From Macrostomum lignano (taxonomy: Eukaryota): 64,000 nucleotides of DNA. Both the position numbers and the translations under genes were made by a program. The notes under the pieces are model-generated. The model was not told the DNA's origin and did not search any database. It worked only from the letters and a program-made list of their open reading frames with translations. Positions 1 through 36,460 of the stretch are shown piece by piece; within the stretch, counting starts at the first letter, position 1; every line of letters starts with the position of its first letter. The stretch is taken from positions 1 through 64,000 of the forward strand of contig NIVC01000707.1 in the NCBI GenBank assembly GCA_002269645.1, in the 5' to 3' direction.

Positions 1-24207
<24,207 letters not shown>

Positions 24208-24376
24208 AGTTAACTTAGCCCCGAAATTGCACTGGGCTGCGTTCCCGGCCTCAATCTGACGACCTTTGCCTCCAGGGAAGCGAAAGAGGATGCGTGTGAG
24301 AGAAAGTATGAAAGTGGAAAAGAGGCTTGCAGAATCTAGAGGCCATGGATGGCCTCCCTCAAGCCAACGAAGCCAT

Positions 24377-24377
24377 T

Positions 24378-24420
<43 letters not shown>
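24377..24420. repeat. (CT)n in the Piccolo-like 3' UTR
   Basis: Directly visible. Confidence 0.9.
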
Positions 24421-24422
<2 letters not shown>

Positions 24423-26559
24423 GTCTATCTCTATCTCTTTGGCTGATTAATTCGCTGCCAGAGCTCTAGGAGATTCAGACCTCTCTGAGACAGTTTCGGT
24501 CCAATAAATTGCAAATTGCGAATATGCAAATGCACTCGCTGCCCGCGGAATAAGATAGAAGGAGGAGAGAAAAGGGAATTCCTCCTCCTCTTATAGATTG
24601 TCGGGCGCGGTCTATCGAGCTATCGGCTTTTTATTCTGCTCTGATTTGGTCTATTTTCAGGCTTGGCCTCTTTAGAACCCGTCTCACTGTTTATTTACTC
24701 AAATCGATACATCTACAGTTGTAGTTACGAAGGCGAATATTGAAGCCACGATCTGCACTTTACTGACAAATTGCATGGCTAACCAAACACGATTAGGACT
24801 GTCTTGTTGCCCTAAATCAGACGGAAGGGTTGCACGCATTGGCGAGATATGCTGAGAATGATTGAGTACAAGCTGTCAAAAGTTATATTTATCTTATCCC
24901 ATGGTGTGCTGCGGCTGAATTCGTTTAAACCTGCTCAAAAAGTCTGCTCTAAGCACATACACATGGAGTGCTCAGTGCTGCTGTTAATAGAATTTGTTCC
25001 GCCCCAAAATCAAAATTTTAATATGCTGCAAAGTTGAATTTTAGCTGTGCAAATTGTTTGATTTTTCTTTTCGCAAATTTTTTGGTATTAACGCCACTCA
25101 GTCACGATGCATAATCAATTATTTTATCTACTGCGTCAACAAATAGTATGAATGCGCTTGTTTCCTACTGACAGAGATGAGTAGTATTTGCATTGCAGAG
25201 CGCACTATTTTGAGCATGATCTCCCTGTATTTAATCGCAGCCTCCGCTGGTTTCGAAAAGCTGTCTTTTCTGCATCTTGGGTGTAAAAATGCTCTTGAAC
25301 CTACGCAATTAACCTCAGATTCTTAATGTCTCAATGCTTGCAGACACAGTGAAAAATAACCAATTAGCTCGATGTGATCATCAGATTATCAAATCAGATG
25401 GATTTGATATTACGCTCGTATCTAAACTTTATGACGATATTTGAATTCAATAAATTCCCTATTAAGCTTGCAAAAACGAATCTATAAATGTCACACCTTG
25501 TTGCCCTTTGTGATGTCAAAGCATAAATCTGTTCCACGTTTATTCGCTGGCGCCAGCAAATAATCTAATCGCATGCAAAAGCACCTTAACTAATTATTTT
25601 ATCTGCATTATACTTTTTTAAACTGTAACCAACGTTGTCCTGCAAAAAGCCGACTGTACAGTTTGAAAGACGGAAATAGGTTGCAAATTTCAGACCTCAT
25701 TCATGAAATTTAGCTTACAGTTATTTTGTACCCGTTGCTCTAAAATAACTGGTATCGCAAACATTATACGCTAAACTTTATATAAATACTTATAATGGAC
25801 TTTTAGGATAATTTACTCGGCTTTTGTATTGTTTTACAGTTTGCTAGTTTTACTAATTTGTTCTTTGTAAATTTGCTTTAGTTTATTCTTGCTCGCTTTG
25901 CTATTTATTTGTTTATTTGTTTTCCTGCTAAATGAGCGAACTGCAAACAACGCACTCAAACGGCCCATGCGCATATTGTTATGCATAAGAATTGCGCCGT
26001 CAAGTTTTATCGTTTCATTTTAGCGTAACAAATTTTCAACACATTTGCAAAGTGCTACACTGATTGTTTGTTAAGGTCTATTGTGACATTGTCATTACTA
26101 TGAGTATAGTTTCATCTAAATAAAATATAGATACAATGCTCACAAATTTATGTACAATATTTATTATTTACTAATTGCCTGAAATATTGATTGCCACGGG
26201 GTGTTTTTGACTCATTAGAGTGACGCTAGTAATTATCGAGTAACAGTCTTGGGGTCTGACAGAAACAAGGCCAGACCAGATCAAGGTCAGAGCGTTGGCC
26301 TGACCGGTCATTGCTCATCATGCCGTGAGAAATTTAGCAGCGCAGCAACTGTGGAATTTCGTTGAGAGGCAAGACAATGTGACAGAACGCAACACGGAGG
26401 CAGGCACAAAGGTGGGGCGCTCATAGAATATGCGTCATATATAAAATAAAAAAAGTGTCAAGTCAGACATTAAAGAAGCGTCCTGTCGAACATAGAAGAT
26501 TCATTTGAGAATTGCTACTATGTCAAGGCTTGGAGTGAATCACTATAATGCTGTGACTC

Positions 26560-26810
26560 TTTGGAAGAATTGCTGAAATGTCAAGGATTTAGGGTTAGGG
26601 TTAGAGTTAGGGTTAGGGTTAGGGGGATTGTTGAGATGTCAAGGCCCACGGGGTGGAAGCTGAGCTGTCAAGGCTTACGGGGGAATTCGCCGAGATGTCA
26701 ATTTTTACAAGGGGAATTGCTGAGGTTATTGCAAGGAGAAGCTACATGTACTTCATTCAAAAAATGTATTCCATTCTTTGTTGGCTCCCCAACGGGGGGC
26801 GCTGATTGCC
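26560..26810 (+). mobile_element. Short copy of an element carrying the 30-bp satellite monomer plus (TTAGGG)6
   Basis: 3-4 diverged gaattgctgagatgtcaagg monomers, followed by the same ~90-bp 3' flank as the 46-48 kb array. Confidence 0.7.
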
Positions 26811-26879
26811 AGTATACATCTAAGAGTGTACCCAACCATCTGCGAGTAATGATTAGGTATCCTTAAAAAATACAGTTAT

Positions 26880-27159
26880 TGATTAAACCTGCCCCAATGA
26901 GCGGATGTGCAACCGACAGCTCAGCCGCAGCTATTGCGCGGCGCATCTGAAGGCTGCGTACGGCTGTTCAGTCCAAGGACTGGGGGGGGGGTTGCCACAC
27001 ACCCTCACCTCAGCTAATGCTGGCACCCATTTTACAGCTGGGTGAACTGAAGCAATGCAGAGTTAAGTGCCTTGCCCAAGGACACAAATTGTTTTAGTGG
27101 GATCGGGAATCGAACCCTGACATTTCAGTTGTGAGTCCGACACTCTAAGCACTAGGCTA
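26880..27159 (-). mobile_element. CORE-type tRNA-derived SINE (family 2), copy A
   Basis: The reverse strand has a tRNA head (TAGCCTAGTGC..GGTTCGATTCCC), then tgtgtccttgggcaaggcacttaactctgcattgcttcagttcacccagctgtaaaatggg, closely resembling the MIR/CORE domain. Confidence 0.85.
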
Positions 27160-28196
27160 AAAATCCTTTCTAGCTGCAATCCCATACTAAAAAACCACCG
27201 CTATTAACGCCACTTGCAAAGGGCTGAAGCCACAGAAACTTTACTGTTCATTTCGCCACAAAGCATCATAGGCATCCATGATAAATCCATGAAATCCATG
27301 AACCAATAAACAACGAAATTGGAACCGGACTGCCTCTAAGTGACAAATTTATCAGGCAGCCATGCAATTCACTTTTTAGCAACAAACGTAACTAGTGACG
27401 CAAATCGTTTTTATGGGGGATGTGATGGGCAACGTCTCAACGCGACCAACGAAGATCCTGATTTTACATTGCCACTTTAAAGTCTAACAACTCAATGCTT
27501 TAACTGCTGGTAAAGAAATCGCAAAAAACGTGAAAAAAGCTTCGGAGGCCGTTTTCGAGCTGACAAAAATGTGAAAATGTCAGATTGCACGCTAATCCTC
27601 TCCGAGCACGCACTCCTGTCAATCTACTTTAGACATTTTTGGAACAAAGTCTTTTTGCGTGCTTCATGGAATGTTGTCAGCTGGTGCAGGTCACCACTCC
27701 GTCCACGGGTCAGTCAGTCAGGATGCCAGGTTACCGGCACTAATCCATCATGCATAATGCATGTTCCATAAGCATAGCGAAAATCCTTTCTAGTCATCAT
27801 GCCTAAAATCCTTTAGCGCATGCAATAAAAAGCTTTCGGGAGTTCAAATCTCATGGGAGATTTGCAGCTGATTTAAATACAACATCAGAACCTTTCCTTC
27901 TATCTAGTTTTAGACGGCAAAATTTAACACTAGAAAATAGCATGTCGACATGTTCAACTGTACAATCTGGGACTTCAGTTATCTTTGCGCTGGTTCACGT
28001 GAGTATTTGCAATATTTTATTGCAAAATATCAATACATTGTTTCAGAAATCTTGATGAATCTGTAGCGTATTCAAATGTGTTTTATTTAACAGACCCTTT
28101 TTTCTTCATAACAACAAATACCACAACGACTGATGTACATGCATGTCTGATGTACATGCATGTCTGCCTTATAAATATACCTAATTCTAATACAAT

Positions 28197-28410
28197 GGAG
28201 CTGGAGACTAATGGTTAGAGCGTCTGACTCACGACTTAAAGGTCGGGGTTCGATTCACTGGAACAATTTGTGTCATTGAGCAAGACACTTTGACTCTGCA
28301 TTGCTTCAGTTCACCCAGCTGTAAAGTGAGTAATTGAGGGTGTGTGTGGCGACCTTCCAGTTCATGGACTGAACAGTCGTAAGGAGCCATGGGGCAGATG
28401 TAATAAAAAA
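28197..28410 (+). mobile_element. CORE-type tRNA-derived SINE (family 2), copy B
   Basis: Head with GGTTCGATTC, core ttgtgtcattgagcaagacact..cttcagttcacccagctgtaaa, tail taataaaaaa; homologous to copy A. Confidence 0.85.
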
Positions 28411-28705
28411 TCCCTAATGCATACAATTTTTTGTAGCAGAGGAGAATTGAAATTATGGCTAATCAGTGATTTATAAACATTCACTGCCCGTTCCACGCTT
28501 CAAAAGTTCCTAGACAGCCGAGACACATGCGTGCAGATAAACTCTGTCACTCGCTGCAATCAAGTGTAGTCTATGGGCCGTGTATTGGTCGCCCCTAATT
28601 GAATTGCCCTGCTCGAAACGAAAGCGATCGTTGCACTAGTAGATCAACGGCTTAGTTGCGCGCTATCAGAATCAGTCAAAGAAAAATTCTTTTCTAGTTA
28701 GGAAA

Positions 28706-30079
28706 ATGAACCAGCTACTAATCCGTGGCCATGCCCCTCATGGGCGCCTTGATGACAGCTTTTCCGTTAGCGAGCTACGAAAGCCGCGTCCTCTCTACAA
28801 CTTTCGACTGCTAGACGAACTCGAAGAGAAAGAGAAAAAAGAGCAGCAGCATAATTACCACCTGTACGGCAAAGATCTCTGGTTGCCGGTAGCGAGTTCG
28901 AACCGGCTCCAAATAGCCTCAACAATTCGGCTGCCGGTGCTGCCGTGGCTCGGGTGCAGCGCGCTCAACGGCGGCAGCAGCTTCGACAAATGCAGCGACC
29001 GCCCAGCAACCGGCAGCTGATGGAGAGACACCTGAGGCAGATCTACGGTAACGAGCTGTTTGACGGTCAGCAATACGTCATCAAGGGTCGAGTTGGCATC
29101 ACTGGGATGCCAATAAGTCCGAGCGTGCCTTCCAATTCAGAATTTCAGGTAAATTTGCCTTCTGCACTAATTTAGACACAGTTACCTTTTGTTAGTGGTT
29201 TTTTACTGTACTGAAGTAAATATAGTTAAATAAAAGCCTCGATTTTACTGAACATAGTAGCATCCTGAACTACCAGCCATGGAAACCTACAAACCAATGC
29301 CCAGTTAGTTAGTTTACTTGTCCGAAGATTAGAATGTATGCTGAGTAAGTTTGCATGGTCAATATTTATCATCCATCAAGGCCATGCGCGGTCGAATCCT
29401 CGGTCCGCTGCCTCGCGGCACTTTCGCCGGAACTGGAAGCGACGACGAGGACAGCGAAGACGACGACGACTACGACAACTCCAGCAATGCCGTCTTCGCC
29501 TGGTGCGACCGGAACAACAGCGCCGAGGACGTGGCTAAGACCTGCGCTCGTCGGGCCGGCGCCAAGATCACAATGCGTCGCGGTCTGCCAAAATGGATCT
29601 TTCTGTACTTCCGCGTCCGCCGAGTCTCCTGGGAATTCATGGTCTACGAGGAGAAGATGAACTGCTCAACTGTCGACTTGTTTAGCGACAACGTGCTCGA
29701 CCGTTGGACGGTAAAGCTTCGATTCAAGATGCTAGTCGATGCGCCGATGAAGTATCCATTGATGGCGTTCCTGTCCCGAATGGGTCTGGACACGGACCCT
29801 GATATTGTGTTCTCCACCGACGGCTTCTTTGGCGACATGCTTGTAGGCGGGCTTCGCAGCAAGAACAGCATCCCGCACAGGCAGGTGAGTTTCAACACCA
29901 CGCCCGAGGCTATGGGTCTGCAGAACGGCGACAACATCTTTGTCGTGAAGGCTAATAGTACTCTGCGAAACAATGTCGAAGCGCACATCGAGATGGCCAA
30001 ACGACGGGCTAACAAAGCCGAGGGCGAGGACGATGACGAAGAGGAAGAAGACGTGGAAGACGATGAAGAGGAAAAATAA
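28706..30079 (+). CDS. SUMO-like-domain protein, probable Rad60/Esc2/NIP45 (RENi)-like; join(28706..29148,29381..30079) with one -1 frameshift near 28858; ~380 aa
   Basis: CAG|GTAAAT donor and catcaag| acceptor, both phase 0. KLRFKMLVDAPMKYPLMAFLSRMG..IVFSTDG...TTPEAMGLQNGDNIFV follows the SUMO pattern. There is no terminal GG; the tail is acidic. Confidence 0.7.
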
Positions 30080-32577
30080 CAAAGTCTTGCGCCCTGCATT
30101 TGCGACGCACAAATTAATGAACCATTGGCTAAAGTTGTCACATAGATTGCAGTGTACTCAAAAACGTCTCAATTTTGTTTGCTGTCGCTCTTCTTTTTAA
30201 CATTTTTTAAAATATTATTTGTCCTCTATAGGGGATTTTTCCGAAATCTGATGGTGCAATTTGAGGAATTATTTTGAATTTAAAAAGAACACCAAAAATA
30301 CTAACAATGGAAGTGCGTTTTGAACTTCTAGAGCTTTAGTGGTAAAAATTGCTTTTTTTACAAAATTCTCAAAATGCAGCATTTTGTTTTGATTTCATTT
30401 TTAGTTTTTTTAGCATGAAAAGATTTCTTAAAGCTTTTCAATTGTGAAGGCGTTTGAAAGTGTTCATTTTTATTTTAACTCCACTCAGACGACCAAGTTA
30501 AGTTAGCCCCAGATTTTGCGTTGACTTTTAAGTTTCGATCTGCAAACTGGTGCAGTAAATAATACTGGGTAACTTCATGCTTAACCTACTACTTGCGAGT
30601 TTTACCAACTTGCACTTTTCCGTCGCTTTTTCTTAAACTTATAATAAGATACTCTTCGACAGAGGAAAAGACTAAAACAGTTCCGGAGCACTGCTCTCTA
30701 CTTACAGTAAGCATAAATTATTTTTTTTGTATTCGTTTATTTCCTTGTAAAATGCTGTTCAACTACAGGATTTTGATGGGGGATACAGGCCTTGAGAATT
30801 TGTTTTGTTGCAGTGATAGCGTCTGCGTCTTGTAAAAAGTGACTACTTTTGGCTAGCTGTCACTGCCACAACGCCCGTTACTAATCGGTACATTGGTACC
30901 CATTCGGTCCGAACGAACGAGAAAAGCAGACCTACAACTAGAAAGAAACGAAGGTTTCAACTTAAATTCATGGTAAGAAAACGGTGCAAGATTTTTTGGT
31001 CGCTTCAAGTTGTGCCGCACTTTAAGCAATATTGTCGCACAACCGGCAAGAGGTATTACTGCCCATTCCGTCGATTTGCATAAGCAGGCACACAAGCGCG
31101 GATACGTACGCAGTCATACCGGAGTCGCACAGGAGTGTATTGTGGCCCTCCTAACTTTATTTATCGTTAAGCATGTATATATAATTTTACTGTGCCTGGG
31201 GGTCGGCCTTCAAGGGGCGTAAACTTATGAGCGGACCCAAGCCATGCAGTCAAAGTGTGCGCGACTAAGCTAATGCTGATGCACTTTCCATTAGAATCTT
31301 GGACACCTGGGTATTATACTTGTAATTACGATATCAAGTTCACATAGGAAAGCACTCTAAATTCAATTCAAATTCAGCTATGATTATAGCTCGTAAGACA
31401 TGTGGAAACTTCTCTCTTACTGGCCACAGAATCTTGTAGCAGTATTCAGTGTTCTGTTTTCAAGACGTCCTTAACTTACTTTTGTTGGTAAAAATAAAAA
31501 AATGATGCTCAGTTTACAAATAATTACAAAAATTAATGAACCTATCGATCTTTCTTAAATCCAATTATAATCGAGGTACGCTAGGCTACACCCTAGTTCG
31601 AGTAGGAAGAGCATTATTCTTAAAGCTTGTGATGAATCTTTTGATGATCTTTTGGGTGTGGCTTGCAGTTTTCGAGACCACACCCTGTTAAGGAATATAT
31701 GTAGCTACCTTATCTCACTAGTAATATTTTATAAATTTTGTAGTACTTTGGATCAATTCACAGGGAAGACTTGCTGGACCAAAATGAGACTACATATTCT
31801 GCTTCTAAAGGCAAAAAGCTTCTAGCAAACCTTGATGGCAAATAAAATTTCTTTTCTTGTCTTTTCAGTGCACTGTTTAAAAAGTACTACTGTGACGTTT
31901 GGCTATTGAATCCGAGTTTGCAAATATTCTCAATCAATGTATTGTGTATTGATATTATTGTACATGAATGACATACGGATGCATAGGTTTGTATTCATAA
32001 GGCCAATGGGCGTCATACGACGCTCGTATTTCTATTTTTCCCGATGAAAGCGGCGACTTATTAGACGAACTTAAGTAACTCTGATTAGAAGAGACCTAAG
32101 GGTCCGCGACGTTTAACATTTGACGGCCAGACCGTACAACTATCCGACGTTACGAGTTGAGACGTGGGCAGATATTTCCGACGTACAGCGATATTTATGG
32201 TTTAATAAACATCGGTTTAATTTTTGCTGAAGGGACAGCAAAAAGACAAATATAATAGGAATGTTATACGGACCGCTGACAATTCGACTGCCGCTATAGT
32301 TAATTGAATGCCGACGCTAACCCTAACCCTAACCCTAAAACGATGTCGGCTTTCATTAGGATTAAATGATGTGTGCTAGCCATTTCACCCAGAGATTTAG
32401 CTGGGAACAGCGTTAGAAACCGCATGAAACCGCGTAGTATCGGCTCTCGGGCCCTAAAATAGTGCCCGGAAATAGCGTGCTTTATCTCATATAGAGCATG
32501 TATATATGTCCCATAGACAAATGGTTGAAAAATAAAGCCTGCAACTTGACTAACTGCTTGGAATAACGGGTAGTACA

Positions 32578-32856
32578 CATGGATGAATAATATAACTGGA
32601 TCGCCACAAGCTCGATTTTTTTGTCTTAGCCATAGACAAGCACCAGCATCACAAGAAGCTCAGAATGCCGTACTTTCACACATAGACAAATAGCCGCTGC
32701 AGAAGCTGCAAACCTTTATTTATAAGTATACTTAGTAGGATAAGTGAAAATGTGTGAAAGTACGGCATTCTGAGCTTCTTGTGATGCTGGTGCTTGTCTA
32801 TGGCTAGGACCAAAAAAATCGAGCTTCTGGCGATCCGGTTATATTATTCATCCATG
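32578..32856. mobile_element. Hairpin MITE 1 (~106-bp arms, 66-bp spacer)
   Basis: 32578-32683 is the near-perfect reverse complement of 32750-32856. Confidence 0.85.
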
Positions 32857-32900
32857 GTAATATAAGGCTCACACCATGCTCTATAGCATTATTTCAAGCC

Positions 32901-33222
32901 AATTGACCCTATAGCTTGGATGAAGGAATAGAAAGGATCGCTCATCTGAAAGCGAGTCTATGGTAACGAGTCTACGTGCATAGGTTATCTATGTTCATTA
33001 TACTACAGCCTAGCATGCACGTTAATCGTGACTTTGGAATTTCCTCCGAGTATAAGCTTCAGCCTGTAAGAACTTAGGGGGGGGGGTACTATTATTAAAT
33101 TCTAGCAGCCAATAAAATTCATGGGGTGAATATCCCAATTTTTAGGAAGCCTCGGCCATATACTCGCTTTCAGATGAGCGATCCTTTCTATTCCTTCATC
33201 CATGCCCTATAGGCAAGCAATT
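32901..33222. mobile_element. Hairpin MITE 2 (~60-bp arms)
   Basis: ggatgaaggaatagaaaggatcgctcatctgaaagcgag is inverted at 33160-33202. Confidence 0.8.
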
Positions 33223-33224
33223 AG

Positions 33225-33970
33225 TATTGGTTTTGTCAGCCTAACTGAGAATAAAGCCATCCAAAGTGAGAATCCTGCCTACGCTGACTGCGAAGGGCCT
33301 GGCTGCGTGCAGCCTTAGTCTATGGGCCATAGACAATAAAGGACAAGCAAAGTGATAAAAAGCCATCCAAAGTGAGAATCCTGCCTACGCTGAATACGAA
33401 GGGCCTAGCTGCGTCCAGCCTAGTCTATGAGCCATAGACTATCCCGTACAACAATCCGACGTATCTGACCGACGTCGTACGACGTCTATGTAACATTACG
33501 TGTTTCCTATTGGTCGGACGTCGGGCTGACGTCGAAGTCGTAGTCGAGAAATTAAATTCGCCTTAATTCACGTTATTCGCCTTAAATAATTAAATTAAGC
33601 ATAACAGTATTGCTTGCCAGTTCATCCCGCGAAAATAAATGTTAAAGCAGCGCGAAATAAATTTTTGGACTACGACTTCGACGTCGGCCCGACGTCCGAC
33701 CAATAGGAAACACGTAATGTTACATAGACGTCGTACGACGTCGGTTCAGAGGTCGGTGCGACGTCGGATTGTTGTACGGGTATAAAGGACAAGCAAAGTT
33801 TTAAAAGACCAATCGATTCTCACATTGGATGGCTTTTTATCACTTTGCTTGTCCTTTATAGTCTATGGCCCATAGACTAAGGCTGCACGCAGCCAGGCCC
33901 TTCGCAGTCAGCGTAGGCAGGATTCTCACTTTGGATGGCTTTATTCTCAGTTAGGCTGACAAAACCAATA
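33225..33970. mobile_element. Composite hairpin element 3 (~155-bp arms, TA ends) containing a nested MITE
   Basis: tattggttttgtcagcc... and ...ggctgacaaaaccaata; internal 110-bp duplication. Confidence 0.8.
33443..33780. mobile_element. Nested MITE 4 with CCCGTACAAC TIRs and TAT target duplication
   Basis: Arms of ~115 bp; TAT on both sides; removal restores ccatagactataaaggacaagc, matching the opposite arm of the host element. Confidence 0.88.
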
Positions 33971-35349
33971 AATCATTAGTTATAGAATCGAGCTATACAA
34001 GACTTCCTCTTCATTGTCTATGGCCCAAAAGTGTGGGTCTGTGGAAAAACCAATTTGATGACGTCGGCTCGAAATTGGCTGGTATATTACTCGCACATGT
34101 CAAAGAAACAATTCGGCTATCTTCTAATGTTATAATCTGTTGTAATGTTATAATCTGTTATAATGTTATAATCTTCTAATGTTATAATCTGCCATTGTTT
34201 GATTTTCTAGTTTTTTAAACCACCAGACAAAACACAGGAGCTATTTAGCTTTAATAAATTCAGTTTTCATTACTCCTAATCCCCGTCCCGTCATAATCCA
34301 GTTTTAGCCAGTTTAAGCTCCCACCCTGCTTCCGAATTCAACTAGGCAAAATTTTCAGAAATGAAAGCTAACTGATGAAACGGATTGAAGCTCGACGCGA
34401 GAATTTCAGTTTTCCATTCGTTGGCACCCCTCCTTAGAACACCCTCCAAAATTCCTCACCTCCCCTGCCCCGATGTCTTCCCTATCGTTCTCATTCCTCT
34501 TTTAGACTGTCCAACGTAGCAAGCCCTTGTAACCGTTGTCCTATAATGGCTACGATTTGGAAACTCATCCCATTTCTATGGCGCTCGCCACTGCAGGGGC
34601 TTGGATTTGGGATTGAGGTGGACAGGGGGGGGGAGAGTGAGGCAAAGCGAGCTGAGCTGAGGGCGGATGAGGCGGCAGAGGCTGAGGCGGGCAGGCAGGC
34701 TTGGAGCATGCAGTGCACCTGCGCCCTCTCTGACAGACCCTCTGGACTAAAAGAAAGCCTATGCTCAACCTTTCCTGTTTGAGTCTGTCATGCCCGTCTT
34801 TTATCCCTACCCTGTACCCCGCTTCTCTAACTCTGCCCAGCTCGATTGGCCAAGAGGAACCGCGCACGCTGTTTCCCATATGAAAATGGGCAAAAGCAGA
34901 CAAATTTCTGTCCTAAGTTCTGAAAGCACCTTTCTCTAGTTTTCTAATTTATTCGAAGAAAAACAATTTTTTTCTGTTTAATTTTACGAGTTGACATTCT
35001 TCTAGAATCGATACTAGTAGATTTCTTTGTTATGGTAAGTTCTGTGCTCTAAATGCAAGTCAAATTTGCAATATTGTATCAGTTATAGTTTTTTTCAAAT
35101 TTACAGAATCTTGCTAGTACGAGCCTTGTATGCATCTCATAATACTCGTAGCTAGTGTATGCATCAGATCAGCGCTTGTGTCCCGGAAGCATTGTCACTC
35201 TGAATCACATCATCCCACATCATCACGAATCATATCACATGCAGAATGACATCACCCAGAGTCACATTATCCTGAATCAATTCACGCAGAATGACATCAT
35301 CGCGAATCACATCACCGAAAATCACATCATCTTGAATCACATCCTCCAA

Positions 35350-35500
35350 AATGACACCATCCAGAATGACATCATCCAGAATGACATCATCCAGAATGAA
35401 ATCATCCAGAATGAAATCATCCAGAATGACATCATCCAGAATGACATCATCCAGAATGAAATCATCCAGAATGACATCATCCAGAATGACATCATCCCTA
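35350..35500. repeat. 15-bp minisatellite (GAATGACATCATCCA) with degenerate flanks from 35200 to 35550
   Basis: Directly visible. Confidence 0.9.
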
Positions 35501-35555
35501 ATCACATCATCCCGAATCACAGCACCCGGAATGACATTATCCTGAATCAAATCAC

Positions 35556-35797
35556 ATGCCGCACCTACTCCAACAGGAAGACGCCAGTGCCGATGGCTGT
35601 TCATCCAGTTCTCCAACATGGAACGCGGCAGCAGACAGGCACCGGCGCACAGTCACCGCGGAAGTGATCAAAGAGTCTCATTGCAGTGGTGCCTACGAAA
35701 ATGCAGCCTACGTGCCCGACTCGCTACTTGCCTCCGTGGACTCCGGCGACTCATTTGTACAAGAATTGCAGCAGTATCGTCTGGTGTCTGCCAACGG
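35556..35797 (+). CDS. Membrane-protein gene, candidate variable exon V1 (MPHLLQQED...GAYENAAYVPD...SANG)
   Basis: ATG ORF ends exactly at a strong donor GG|GTAAGC in phase 2, compatible with the acceptor at 50119. Confidence 0.55.
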
Positions 35798-35879
35798 GTA
35801 AGCCTTGCTTGGCTTAGTAAAAATGTTTTCGATACTTGTCGGTTAACCTTACGTAGCCCGCGTTGCGTACTAATGGCGC

Positions 35880-36460
35880 CTACACTACATCCTCATGATG
35901 GCGCCTACATTACACATCCTCATGATGGCACCTACATTGCCCATCCTCATGATGGCGCCTACATTACACATCCTCATGATGGCACCTACATTACACATCC
36001 TCATGATGGCACCTACATTACACATCCTCATGATGGCACCTACATTACACATCCTCATGATGACACCTACATTACACATCCTCATGATGGTACCTACACT
36101 ACATCCTCATGATGGTACCTACACTACACATCCTCATGATGGCACCTACATTGCACATCCTCATGATGGCACCTACACTACACATCCTCATGATGGCACC
36201 TACATTACACATCCTCATGATGGCACCTACATTACACATCCTCATGATGGTACCTACATTACACATCCTCATGATGGCGCCTGCATTGCACATCCTCATG
36301 ATGGCACCTACATTACACATCCTCATGATGGCGCCTGCATTGCACACCCTCATGATGGCACCTACATTGCACATCCTCATGATGGCGCCCAAACTAAATC
36401 CTCATGATGGCTCCTACATTACACACCCTTATGGCACCAACACTATATCTTCATGATGGT
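35880..36460. repeat. 27-bp minisatellite (CATCCTCATGATGGCACCTACATTACA), ~21 units
   Basis: Directly visible. Confidence 0.96.

Noticed and set aside
35885-36456. HPHDGTYIT / MMAPTLHIL repeat ORFs
   Set aside because: 27-bp minisatellite, open in several frames, lying after the V1 donor.
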